Shown: positions 51,771-61,290 of the stretch, piece by piece | Layout: the number at the start of each line of letters is the position of its first letter | Numbering within the stretch: the stretch's first letter is position 1 | From: an uncultured delta proteobacterium | GTDB lineage: Bacteria > Desulfobacterota > Binatia > UBA9968 | DNA length: 64,000 bases | Assembly (NCBI GenBank): GCA_963760795.1 | Contig: CAVXEP010000004.1 | Location: 1-64,000, forward strand | Reading direction: 5' to 3' | Notes under the pieces: model-generated | Told to the model about the DNA's origin: nothing | The model's input: the letters and a program-made list of their open reading frames with translations, nothing else | The model's database searches: none | Program-made: the position numbers and the translations under genes

Positions 51771-52754
51771 TTATCTGATGACCCGATCCGCCCGCACCAG
51801 CACATTGGGCGGGATCGTCAGGCCGATCTGCTTGGCGGCTTTCAGGTTGACGATGAACTCGAACTTGATCGGCTGTTCCACGGGGAGATCGGCGGGCTTT
51901 GTGCCTTTTAGAATCTTATCCACATAGGTGGCGGCACGGCGAAACAAATCGGGAGTGTTAGTGCCGTAGTATATGAGGCCGCCGGCTTCCATAAATTCCG
52001 ATTGTGGGTATATCGCCGGGAGCCGGCTCGTTACCGCGAAATCTACCAGCTGTTTTCGGTGCGAAGTGAGTACTGCGTTCTCCAGCACTAGGACAGCATC
52101 AGCGCGCTCCTTGTTTGCGGCGCGGTATGCAGTCTCGATATCCTTGACATCTCGTACGTCTGAGTATTGAAGCTGCACAGCCAGTGCCCCAGCGGCGAGT
52201 TGCATCTCTTTTAACGCTTGTGCGTTGCCCGGATGGGTCGAGTTGCCGAACACCGCCACACGCGCGAGTCTCGGAATGATCTCCTTCAGAAGCTCCAGTT
52301 GCTTGCCGCTTATCTCCGGGTAGAGGGTAGACAATCCAGTAATGTTGCTGCCAGGCCGCGCAAGGCTGGCGACGAACCCGTTGCCGACAGGATCGTTATC
52401 AAACGCCATGACGATGGGAATCGCAATAGTTGCTGCCTTGGCGGCACGGGTCGATTGCGGACCACCCGAGACGATGAGGTCTACCTTGAGGCGCACTAAT
52501 TCAGCCGCAAGCGCGGCGATGCGATCAAGTTTTCCCTCTGCCGAACGCCACTCGACAACAACGTTCTTCCCTTCCACGTACCCAAGTTCGCGCAGACCCT
52601 GCAAGAAGGCCTCGATGCGGGTCGCGTTAGCGGAAAGGGAGGGCGTAGTCAAGTATCCGATCCGAGGGATTTTCGTCGGCTGCTGCGCTTCGGCGGCAAA
52701 GCACGGAGCAAGGAGTAACGAGCATAGAGCAAGGCCAACAATTTTGTTAGTCAA
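51771..52754 (-). CDS. ABC_sub_bind SBP, array B
   Basis: Family motifs; mature domain close to 3268-4251. Confidence 0.9.
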   Translation of the reverse strand: MTNKIVGLALCSLLLAPCFAAEAQQPTKIPRIGYLTTPSLSANATRIEAFLQGLRELGYVEGKNVVVEWRSAEGKLDRIAALAAELVRLKVDLIVSGGPQSTRAAKAATIAIPIVMAFDNDPVGNGFVASLARPGSNITGLSTLYPEISGKQLELLKEIIPRLARVAVFGNSTHPGNAQALKEMQLAAGALAVQLQYSDVRDVKDIETAYRAANKERADAVLVLENAVLTSHRKQLVDFAVTSRLPAIYPQSEFMEAGGLIYYGTNTPDLFRRAATYVDKILKGTKPADLPVEQPIKFEFIVNLKAAKQIGLTIPPNVLVRADRVIR

Positions 52755-52803
52755 GGCGTATTCCCTTCTTCGCTGACATCCGCCTGCTGATCTCTGACTT
52801 CTG

Positions 52804-53778
52804 TCATCGGATCACCCGATCCGCCCGCACCAGCACGTTGGGCGGGACCGTCAGGCCGATTTGTTTCGCCGCGTTAAGATTGATGACCAGCTCGAACTTT
52901 GTCGGCCGTTCCACGGGAATGTCCATCGGTTTGGTGCCTTTGAGAATCTTGTCGACGTGCACCGCAGCGCGGTGTGCCATCTCGGCCATGTTTGGACCGT
53001 AGGACATTAAACCGCCATCGGGAGCCCAGGAGCCCCAGTCGCCGACCAGCGGTATGCGACTCTTTGCCGCGTAATCCAAAATGCGTTGTCGTTGGAAATT
53101 AATAAGTCTTGACGAGACGACAATGAGGGCCTGAGATTTCGCCTTCGTGGCGGCATCGAATTGGCCGTCGAAGTCCTCGCCTCGCCGGACTTGCAGCGAT
53201 TGCAACCGTACTTTCATTGCCTGAGCCGCGCTTTGAATTTCACGAAACTCGGGATCGGCGTGATCGGGATTCCACAGCACCGCCACTCGAGAAATTCTCG
53301 GCGCGATTTCTTTTAATAGCTCCAATCTTTTCCCCGCCAATTCGTCGAGAATAAGCGTGATGCCGGTAATGTTGCCGCCAGGATGGGCCAGGCTGGCGAC
53401 AATCCCCGATTGCACCGGATCGTTGCTCACCCACATGACGATCGGAATCGTCTTGGTTGCTTTCTGCGCTGCCGGCACGACATCGCCGCCGAGGGCAAGA
53501 ATTACATCGGGATTGAGCCGCGCCAGTTCGGCGGCAACTTCCGTAAGCCGATCGGGTTTGCCGCCAGCGAAACGGTATTCCACCGATAGATTTTTCCCCT
53601 CAGTGTAACCGAGGTCGCGCATGTTTTGGCGAAAAGCTGCAACGTTCGGGTCGTTTTCCGGCGTGCTATAAAGGAGCACGCCTACGCGTGGTATTTTTGC
53701 CGGCTGTTGCGCCTGGGCAAATGAAACAGTTGTTAGAAATAAACCCGCCAGTAGCCTGATCGCCATTTTGTAATTCAT
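52804..53778 (-). CDS. ABC_sub_bind SBP, array B
   Basis: Family motifs, signal peptide AQAQQ. Confidence 0.9.
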   Translation of the reverse strand: MNYKMAIRLLAGLFLTTVSFAQAQQPAKIPRVGVLLYSTPENDPNVAAFRQNMRDLGYTEGKNLSVEYRFAGGKPDRLTEVAAELARLNPDVILALGGDVVPAAQKATKTIPIVMWVSNDPVQSGIVASLAHPGGNITGITLILDELAGKRLELLKEIAPRISRVAVLWNPDHADPEFREIQSAAQAMKVRLQSLQVRRGEDFDGQFDAATKAKSQALIVVSSRLINFQRQRILDYAAKSRIPLVGDWGSWAPDGGLMSYGPNMAEMAHRAAVHVDKILKGTKPMDIPVERPTKFELVINLNAAKQIGLTVPPNVLVRADRVIR

Positions 53779-53822
53779 GTCATGTCTCCGTTCATTTTGC
53801 TTTTTTCATTTTTACTTTTACC

Positions 53823-53921
53823 TTATCGAATCACCCGATCCGCCCGCACCAGCACATTCGGCGGGATCGTCAGGCCGATCTGCTTGGCGGTTTTCAGATT
53901 AATTATGAACTCGAATTTCGT
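53823..53921 (-). pseudogene. Orphan 3'-terminal remnant of an ABC_sub_bind gene (32 codons plus stop)
   Basis: [32 protein letters not shown]; unrelated upstream sequence with an in-frame TAA at 53952-53954 and no ATG/GTG/TTG between. Confidence 0.85.
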
Positions 53922-54000
53922 CTGACGATTAAGCCGGCTCAGATCAACTCGTTATGCACTGAGGAGACTACACTTCCGCCGTCTCCTCGGCTGTTATAAC

Positions 54001-54015
54001 GCAGGAGCAATGCCA
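54001..54015 (-). promoter_or_regulatory. Putative sigma54 -24/-12 promoter pointing into array B
   Basis: TGGCATTGCTCCTGC, i.e. GG-N10-GC spacing. Confidence 0.55.
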
Positions 54016-54109
54016 CAAGCGACTCATCCATTAGTATTCCTAGTAAGCTGAATTCACAAAGAAATTCTTTCACGGGACGATAGCACCGGGCGAGCGGAAA
54101 AGAACGACG

Positions 54110-54148
54110 AGTAGTCGTTTTGCTACTCGGTGTAGCAAAAATGCGACA
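54110..54148. promoter_or_regulatory. Two tandem 18-bp palindromic sites, candidate enhancer-binding-protein UAS
   Basis: AGTAGTCGTTTTGCTACT and TGTAGCAAAAATGCGACA, 21 bp apart, ~95-135 bp upstream of the sigma54-like motif. Confidence 0.5.
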
Positions 54149-54181
54149 CCCAACTTGGTCGGGCTAAGAAGAAGTTACTCC

Positions 54182-54360
54182 CGCCAAGGCGCAAAGACGC
54201 TAAGTGACAGGCCAGAGGCCTGTCATCCCGAGCGAATGCGAGGGATCTAATGCAGGATTTCTCTCTCCGTTCGAAATGACAACATTCACCCTTTGCGCCT
54301 TGCGCCTTTGCGAGAGATATTCCGATTTATTTTTGTGGCCTTTGCGTTCTTTGCGGCCAA
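54182..54360. repeat. CGCAAAG/CTTTGCG element with a nested TGTCATCCCGAGC..GAAATGACA element
   Basis: cgccaaggcgcaaagacgctaag [tgtcatcccgagcgaatgcgagggatct..gatttctctctccgttcgaaatgaca] ctttgcgccttgcgcctttgcg. Confidence 0.75.
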
Positions 54361-54380
54361 ATCTCCGAGTCCGATTCTCT

Positions 54381-56141
54381 TCATTGATTACGCCGCAACT
54401 CTGCGGTCGCCGCGCTGTCGAGCTCGAACCGCCGTCCGTCTTGCCGGATCGCCACGCCATAGTCGCGCCGCGCCGCTTCGACGGAAACGTAACCCGAACG
54501 GACATCGACCAGCACTTTCTCCGCCGGGCGCTCGAACGCGCTCCAGAATCCGCCGCCACCACCGGTTTCGATCGTGAAGCTGTCGCCGTTGTCGATTTCG
54601 CTGGGCTTGATTTTGCCCGTCGGAAAGGTCTCCACCGCGCCGTTGTTATGGCTGACGAAGATTTGATTCGCCAGCGCGTCTTTGCCGCCGTGCAAGCCCC
54701 AGGGCGCGCAGATCGTCCGCTCGACATGAGCGTGGATGGTCGCCGGGCGGCGCATGCGCACTTCGTTTGACACTCCCAGGCCGCCGCGAAACTTGCCTGC
54801 GCCGCCGGAGTCTTGGCGCAGCTCGCGATGCTCGACGATGATGGGATTTTTCGCTTCGGTGGCTTCCACCGGCGCGTTATGGGTGTCGCCGTCGTTGAGA
54901 CACACCGTCGCGTTCATGCCGTCTTCATCGTGCTTGGCGCCCCAGCCGCCGCCGGGATGGCCGATGTGGGACCAGAAAAAACGCCCGGTCTCGGCATCGA
55001 AGCCATGGGGATTGACCGTGCATAGATCGGCGTAGTGGCCGGCGATGGTGCGCTCGGGACAGGCCGGCGCGAGGGCGCGAAAAAGCGTATCGCACACGGT
55101 CATCGGCACGGTCATCCAGACCCGCACCGGCGCCGGCTTGACGGCGCTGATGACCCGGCCAAGGGGCAGTATAATTTTTAACGGCCGAAACGAACCATCG
55201 TTGATCGGCAGCAACATGGGCGTGGTAATGCACTTGAAAACCACTTCGGCAGCGGAGCGGCCCGCCGTGATACCCGAATTATAGTATCCCGCCACCTGCG
55301 GGCTCACATTGCTCAAGTCGATGGTCATCTCATCGTCTTTGACCTCGACGCGCACGCGGATCGGGATATGTTTGCCGAGATTGACGCCGTCGTCGTCCAT
55401 GAACGACTCGGCCTCATAGACGCCGTCGGGGATCTGGCGCACAGCCGCGCGGGCGAGTTTCTCGCTTTGTTGGTAAATCGACTGAATGCTGTCTTTGAAA
55501 ACCTTATTGCCGTAGCGCCGTAAGATATTCAGGACACGCCGCTCGCCGGTGCGGATCGATGCGAGCTGGGCGCGCATATCGCCCATGGCGCTTGCGGGCA
55601 CGCGCACGTTGGCCTTGATAATTGCGGTGATCTCGGGATTTTCCACGCCCTGGCGAAAATGCTTCACGAAAGGCATCTGCAACCCTTCGGAGAAAATATC
55701 CCGGGTCACCCCGCCTAGCTGCCCGCCGATATCCTGCCAGTGCGCCATCGACGAGGAGTACGCCACCAATTCGCCGTCGTGAAAAATCGGCAGCGTGTAG
55801 ATCATGTGGTTGAGATGGCTGCCCATGATGTAGCTGTCGTTGGTGAGCAAGATATCTCCGGGATGAATATTGTCTTTGCCCCAGTGAGCGATCTTCGCCT
55901 TGATCGCATCCGACAACCCACGGACAAACATCGGCAAGCCAAGGCCGATGGAAATGGTATTGCCATCAGCATCGAACAGTCCGACGGTGAAATCCTCAGC
56001 TTCGTAGATGATCGTGTGATACGCCGTGCGCATCAGGTTGGTTTTCATCTCGCCGGTGATCGCGACCAGCGCGCTACGGATCACCTCGGTCGTAAAAGCA
56101 TCAACCTCGCTACGCGAGGTATTCAAAATTAAAGATTCCAT
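54381..56141 (-). CDS. Hydantoinase B/oxoprolinase family protein
   Basis: PGDILLTND.Y..G.HLN, AHWQDIGG, SEGLQ, DSGGAGKFRGGLG, TGGGGG. Confidence 0.9.
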   Translation of the reverse strand: MESLILNTSRSEVDAFTTEVIRSALVAITGEMKTNLMRTAYHTIIYEAEDFTVGLFDADGNTISIGLGLPMFVRGLSDAIKAKIAHWGKDNIHPGDILLTNDSYIMGSHLNHMIYTLPIFHDGELVAYSSSMAHWQDIGGQLGGVTRDIFSEGLQMPFVKHFRQGVENPEITAIIKANVRVPASAMGDMRAQLASIRTGERRVLNILRRYGNKVFKDSIQSIYQQSEKLARAAVRQIPDGVYEAESFMDDDGVNLGKHIPIRVRVEVKDDEMTIDLSNVSPQVAGYYNSGITAGRSAAEVVFKCITTPMLLPINDGSFRPLKIILPLGRVISAVKPAPVRVWMTVPMTVCDTLFRALAPACPERTIAGHYADLCTVNPHGFDAETGRFFWSHIGHPGGGWGAKHDEDGMNATVCLNDGDTHNAPVEATEAKNPIIVEHRELRQDSGGAGKFRGGLGVSNEVRMRRPATIHAHVERTICAPWGLHGGKDALANQIFVSHNNGAVETFPTGKIKPSEIDNGDSFTIETGGGGGFWSAFERPAEKVLVDVRSGYVSVEAARRDYGVAIRQDGRRFELDSAATAELRRNQ

Positions 56142-56224
56142 ATTCCAAACTCGATTTGCGAAGTTGATCCTGCTCCGGCATGCGTAATCCGATAATTTGG
56201 AATCTGAAATTTGGAATCTGAAAT
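56134..56224. repeat. AATTTGG/AATCTGA heptamer inverted element
   Basis: agattccatattccaaa ... aatttggaatctgaaatttggaatctgaaat. Confidence 0.7.
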
Positions 56225-58282
56225 CATTCAGCCCCTCCCAGTTCCATCACCAGATGGCCATACTCATTCACCGTCACCCGATCCCCCGGCTCGACCACCG
56301 TCGTCGACGCCACCTCTTCGATGATCGCCGGGCCGTGGATGACGTTGCCTTGGAGTAATTGGTCGCGATCGAACACCGGCGCCGACATGGCACCGGCGGC
56401 ATCGAAGTTCACCGTGCGCTCGCCGCGTCGCGCCACGGCCGGCGGTGCTGCCTCTCCTTTGGCGATCTGCGGAAACACCGGCTTATTCAACCGGCCGATC
56501 GCCGACACGCGCAGGCTGACGATATCGGCGGACTCTTCCGGCGCGCTGTGGCTATAGCGCAAATCATGGGCTTCGTCGAAGCGCCGCTTCACTTCGGCGC
56601 GGGCGCGCTTCATCGCCGACGGCGGCGGGCATGCCGACGGCCACCGCATGTTCCTGGCCGACATAGCGCATGTCGGCGGCGCGTTCGAAGGCGATGCGAT
56701 CCAGGGCGATGCCGGAGTCGAGCAATGCCTTGCGGCCTTCGTCTTCCAATGCTTTGAACTGCGCTTCCAACTCGCTCATCGCCAAATCATCCAAGCGCTC
56801 GAACAGCGTCTGGACATAATCGCGGCGCAGGTCGGCCATGAGCATGCCGAGAGCTGAGAAATGACCCGGCGCTTGGGGAATGATGATCTTGCTGATGGAC
56901 AATTCCTTGGCAACCGAAGCCGAATGCAGCGGCCCGCCGCCGCCGTAGGCGACCAGTGTGAAGTCGCGCGGATCGAGACCGCGCTCCAGTGTCACATGGC
57001 GCACGGCGTTGGCCATCGCCGAGGTCGCCACTTGCAACATGCCGGCGGCGGCACGCTCCAGCGTGACGTTGAGCGGCTGGGCAAGTTTTTCGTTCAACGC
57101 CGCTTCCGCCGCGCCGCGATCGAGACGCATCTCGCCGCCAAGAAAGTTTTCCGGCGATAACCGCCCGAGAATCACGTTGGCGTCGGTCACCGTCGGTTCG
57201 CTGCCGCCGCGGCCATAGCTTGCCGGTCCCGGCTCGGCGCCGGCGCTCTTCGGCCCGACATGCAACCCGCCGCCTTCGTCGAGAAAAGCGATGCTGCCGC
57301 CGCCGGTGCCGACCTCGACGATGTCGAGGACTGGAATACGAATCGCCAAACCTTCGTTGTAGCCGCCGATAAAATAATCCGGCGACAGGCTCGGCTCGCC
57401 GCGCCGAATCACGCAGGCCTTGGCCGTCGTGCCGCCCATGTCGAAGGCGATGGCCGCTGCGAGATCGAGGGTCTCGCACAGCGCCATGGTGCCGACCACA
57501 CCGCCGGCCGGTCCCGACTCCATCATTTGAATGCATTGGCGGCGCGCCATCTCGACATCCGACAGGCCGCCGTTGGACTGCATGATCATCAAATTGCCGG
57601 CGAACTTGTTTTGCTTTAAGCGGCGCTCGAGATCGCCGAGATACTGGCTAACTATTGGGCCGACGTAGGCATTGGCCGCCACGGTGGAAGTGCGCTCGTA
57701 CTCGCGATACTCGCGCGACAGTTCATGCGACACGCTGACAAAGAGATTGGGCTCGGTTTCGAGCAGGATATCGCGCATGCGGATCTCATGCTCCGGCGCC
57801 CGATAGGAGTGTAAAAACAGCACCGCGACCGCTGCGAAACCTTCGTCCTTGATAATGCGCGCCACCGCGCGCGCCTCTTTTTCATCGAAGGGCGTGCGCA
57901 CCGAGCCGTCGGCGAGCATGCGCTCGGTCACTTCGAAAATATCTTCCCGCGCCACCAGCGGCCGGTGCTTGCGAAAGCGCGGGTTGAACGACTCCGGCCG
58001 GTTGATCCGGCCGATCTCGTACACATCGCGAAACCCTTTAGTCGTCACCAGCGCAGTCTTCGCGCCCTGGCGCTCGATGATCGCGTTGACGACCACGGTG
58101 GAGCCATGAATCAACGTCGTCATCTCGTCAAAGCGCACCGCCGCTTTGACCAAGCCATCGAGCACGCCCCGCGCCAGCTCCGCCGGCGTCGACAACGTCT
58201 TCGCCAACGACAGATCGCTTTTAGCCTCGTCGAATACCACCACGTCGGTAAACGTCCCGCCGATATCAACTGCTACGCGCAT
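56224..58282 (-). CDS. Hydantoinase A/oxoprolinase family protein, frameshift near 56600
   Basis: VDIGGTFTD, EYERTST, SGPAGG, DMGGTT, GTGGGSI, YGGGGPLH; C-terminal GPAIIEE..STTVV in the shifted frame. Confidence 0.85.
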
Positions 58283-58296
58283 TTCTTCGCTCCGCT

Positions 58297-58422
58297 CAGA
58301 ATTCCAAATTACACATTTCAAATTACAGAATTAAGTACTCAATCAGCATCCACAGATCGATCTACGCATCAGTCCCATTCACCACTCTGATAATCTGCAA
58401 TGTGGAATTTGGAATCTGTAAT
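58297..58422. repeat. AATTTGG heptamer inverted element
   Basis: aattccaaattacacatttcaaattacaga ... aatctgcaatgtggaatttggaatctgtaat. Confidence 0.65.
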
Positions 58423-58432
58423 CGCGCATGTA

Positions 58433-58787
58433 CTACCCGCACCGATGATTCGCCAGATATTCGCCCAGCCACTTGTTCCAGGCGAGATCGATCTGTTGCA
58501 ACGCCGCGGCATGAGCTTCGTCACCGCGGCTAATGTCGACCAGATGCGATGACCCGGAGATCGACCTCGGCGAGATGCGGATCGGCGCAAAAGTTATCGC
58601 GCACCACCACCGTACCTTCAGCTTCCAACTCGGCCAATGCCCGATCCATCTCCTCCTTACCGACGTTGAATCGCCGTAGCCCAGCCACCAGCTCGGTCGC
58701 AAAGCGCGCCTTCTTGCCACCAACCTTGAGAACATCGACGACGGCACTCTTCGCACTGGCTGTATCTACATTTGTCCGCGGGTTCAT
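58433..58787 (-). CDS. Small hypothetical protein (~117 aa), frameshift near 58545
   Basis: ORFs 58530-58787 and 58433-58756 join: ...LAELEAEG.VVVRDNFCADPHL...WNKWLGEYLANHRCG. Confidence 0.6.
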
Positions 58788-58805
58788 AGTTTAATTCCAG
58801 ATGGC

Positions 58806-58884
58806 AAATTCCATATTCCAAATTACCGGTCGAAGCAGAAACTCCGTGCAGCCAATTTGGAATCTGGAATATGGAATTTGTAAT
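58806..58884. repeat. AATTTGG heptamer inverted element
   Basis: aaattccatattccaaattac ... aatttggaatctggaatatggaatttgtaat. Confidence 0.75.
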
Positions 58885-59864
58885 TCACGGAATCTTATAC
58901 CCAAGCTCCTTCGCCACTTCCCTGGCGATCCGGTCGTCGGCAATCTCTTCGAAGGCGACCTTGCGGTCGGTGAACTGGCCGGCTGCTTGCAGAGATTTAA
59001 TAATAAGATCCATACCGTCGCGGGTCGGCACGCCGCTGCCGCTGACGGTCCTTTTCAGCGCCTCGAAGGTGTCATCGGCGGCCTCCTTGTCGACTTGCAA
59101 GTACTTCAAAATCATCGCCGTGGCTTTTTCCTTGGAGCGCAACACTTCTTGCTTGGCCAGCTGCATTGAACGCAGCACTCGCCGCACTTCATCGGGTCGG
59201 TTGCGAATCGTCGAGAGCATCGTCGTCAAACCGCCCAGCGGCATTTTCACTTTGGCGCCGACGTCGAGCACTTCACGGAATTTTTTGCGCTTGGCATAGA
59301 AATCGAACGGCGGGTTGAATATCCCCGCGTCGACCGTGCCGGTCTCCAGCGCCGGCAACTGCTGCGGCGCACCCAAGAACGACGTAGGCAAAATTTTTGG
59401 GATTCTCACCTGCCGCTTCAAGGGCAATCTGCAGCGCCACATGAGAAGTGCCGCCCAGACCGGTAATGCCAATCTTCTTGCCGCGCAGATCACGCAGACG
59501 ATTGAATCTCCGGCCGCGCCATTAAAGAATAAATCAGCTGATCCGACGCGAACCAGACGCCGCGCGACGGCATGCCGCGCAAGGTTGCGCTCACCGACGC
59601 CGGACCGACGCCGGAAAAGTATTGAATCTCATTGGCCATCAACGCCATGTTGCCGATCTGCGAGCGGATCTGGACGATCTCGACGTGCAGGCCATTCTCC
59701 TCGAAGATCTTCCACTGAATGCCGCCATACAGCGCCAGACAGCAAATGCCGCCGCTCGGATAGGCAATGCGCACGCGGGTCAGCTTTTCCTGCGCCGAGG
59801 CTGGTGTAACCAACCATGCGACGAAAATCACGGCGAGAGCAATGCGTTCGATAGCGATCTTCAT
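58885..59864 (-). CDS. NMT1/THI5-like SBP, frameshifts in 59360-59500
   Basis: N-terminal piece AQEKLTRVRIAYP and C-terminal piece GTVDAG..PP..IADDRIAREV. Confidence 0.7.
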
Positions 59865-60029
59865 GTTTGAGTTCCTCGTAAATCCCAACCTACACCTATC
59901 TCAGCACGAATGAAGCCGTCCCCACCGTCATGCCGGCATCCAGACTTTATCGTCACCCCGGTGAAAACCGGGGTCCATCTCTCCATCGGCTATATCATCT
60001 GAATGAGACATGGATTGTACTAATCATCT

Positions 60030-61026
60030 CTACCGGTACCGCTTGGCCATCTCGTCGAAAAACTTCTCGTTCTCTAATTCCTGCAACAAGCTCAAGTCGA
60101 CGAACTGTTCCGGCTTGGCGCGTTTTCGCCTGCGCCATCTGCGGTCCGGACATGTCGACAAGATTTTGAATGCCTTTCATGGTCGGATAAGGTTTCTTCG
60201 GCGTGCGCTTCAAATAATGCTGGTAGGAATAGTCGAGCACCTCGGCATCGTTGGTGCGCATGTACTTGGCCAAAGTTTTCACCGTCGCTGCTTTGTTGGC
60301 GAAAACAAAATAAATCCCTTCGACATACGCTTTGAGCGCCGACTTGACGCTGTTGCGATGGCTCTTGATGTAGCTGCGCGAGGTCGCCAAGCCGCTGCCC
60401 TGAACTTCGAAATCGAGATCCGCCATTTGAATGATTTCAACAAAGCCCGCCTTTAGAGCTTGCGGCACTTCTGATGGGTTGAAGAATGTCGCTTCGATTC
60501 TTCCGGCGCTCATCGCGGCGAGCCGTTCCGGCCCGGTGCCGGTCGGGACGAAGGTCACGTCCTTGTTGGGTTCCAGATTGAATTTCTTAAACAGAATCAG
60601 CGCGGCGTTATGCGTCGCCGAGCCGAAGCCGCTGATGCCAAAGCGTTTGCCCTTGAGCTGCTCCATGCGCGCCATCGTTCCCGGACGAGCCATCACGCTC
60701 TGATCGTAGGAGTTTTCCACCGCGCCGACGAGCACGATGTCGTGGCCCTGAAGATTAGCGACGATGACATTGCCGACGGTCATGAGCGGCGGATCGCCGC
60801 CGGTCAACGCCTGGATCGCCACCTGCCCGCCGCGCAGAAAGATCAGCTCGACATCGAGACCATATTTTTTAAACAACCCCTCATCCTTGGCGACCCAAAG
60901 CTGCGCCTGGCGCGAGCTGATCGAGGGATAGCCGACCCGGATCTTTTGCAGCGGCTGCGCCGAGGCAGGCATGACAAACCAACCCGTAAGCAAAAAAACG
61001 ATCGGCAGCGCCAAGTAAGGTTTCAT
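60030..61026 (-). CDS. NMT1/THI5-like SBP, frameshift near 60120
   Basis: MKPYL start after GAGG; C-terminus KPEQFVDLSLLQELENEKFF..* in the shifted frame. Confidence 0.8.
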
Positions 61027-61254
61027 AAGGTTATCCTCTGATGTATGCCATCGTTGCCGAACCGTCAAATGAGCGCAGCCTGGTACGCCACAGCTGCAAC
61101 CAAAAAAGAAGAATGGCCGCAAAGAACGCAAAGGGAGCAAAAAAGAAACGGGATTCGTAGGACGGGTTTGAAACCCGTCCTCCCCTCCGACCCTTTCGTG
61201 AGTTTCGTGCCTTTCGTGGTTAAACCTCCGAGAAAGTCCTAGTCGCGTCGTTAG

Positions 61255-61283
61255 TTGACAGCCTCACGCCACCCATGTTTACT
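61255..61283 (+). promoter_or_regulatory. Possible sigma70 promoter giving a leaderless transcript
   Basis: TTGACA-N17-TTTACT, with ATG 7 nt downstream and no Shine-Dalgarno. Confidence 0.4.
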
Positions 61284-61290
61284 GCCGCTC

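Noticed and set aside
53943-54001. Hairpin as an integron attC site
   Set aside because: The ends do not match RYYYAAC/GTTRRRY, the L boxes cannot be placed, and no integrase is present
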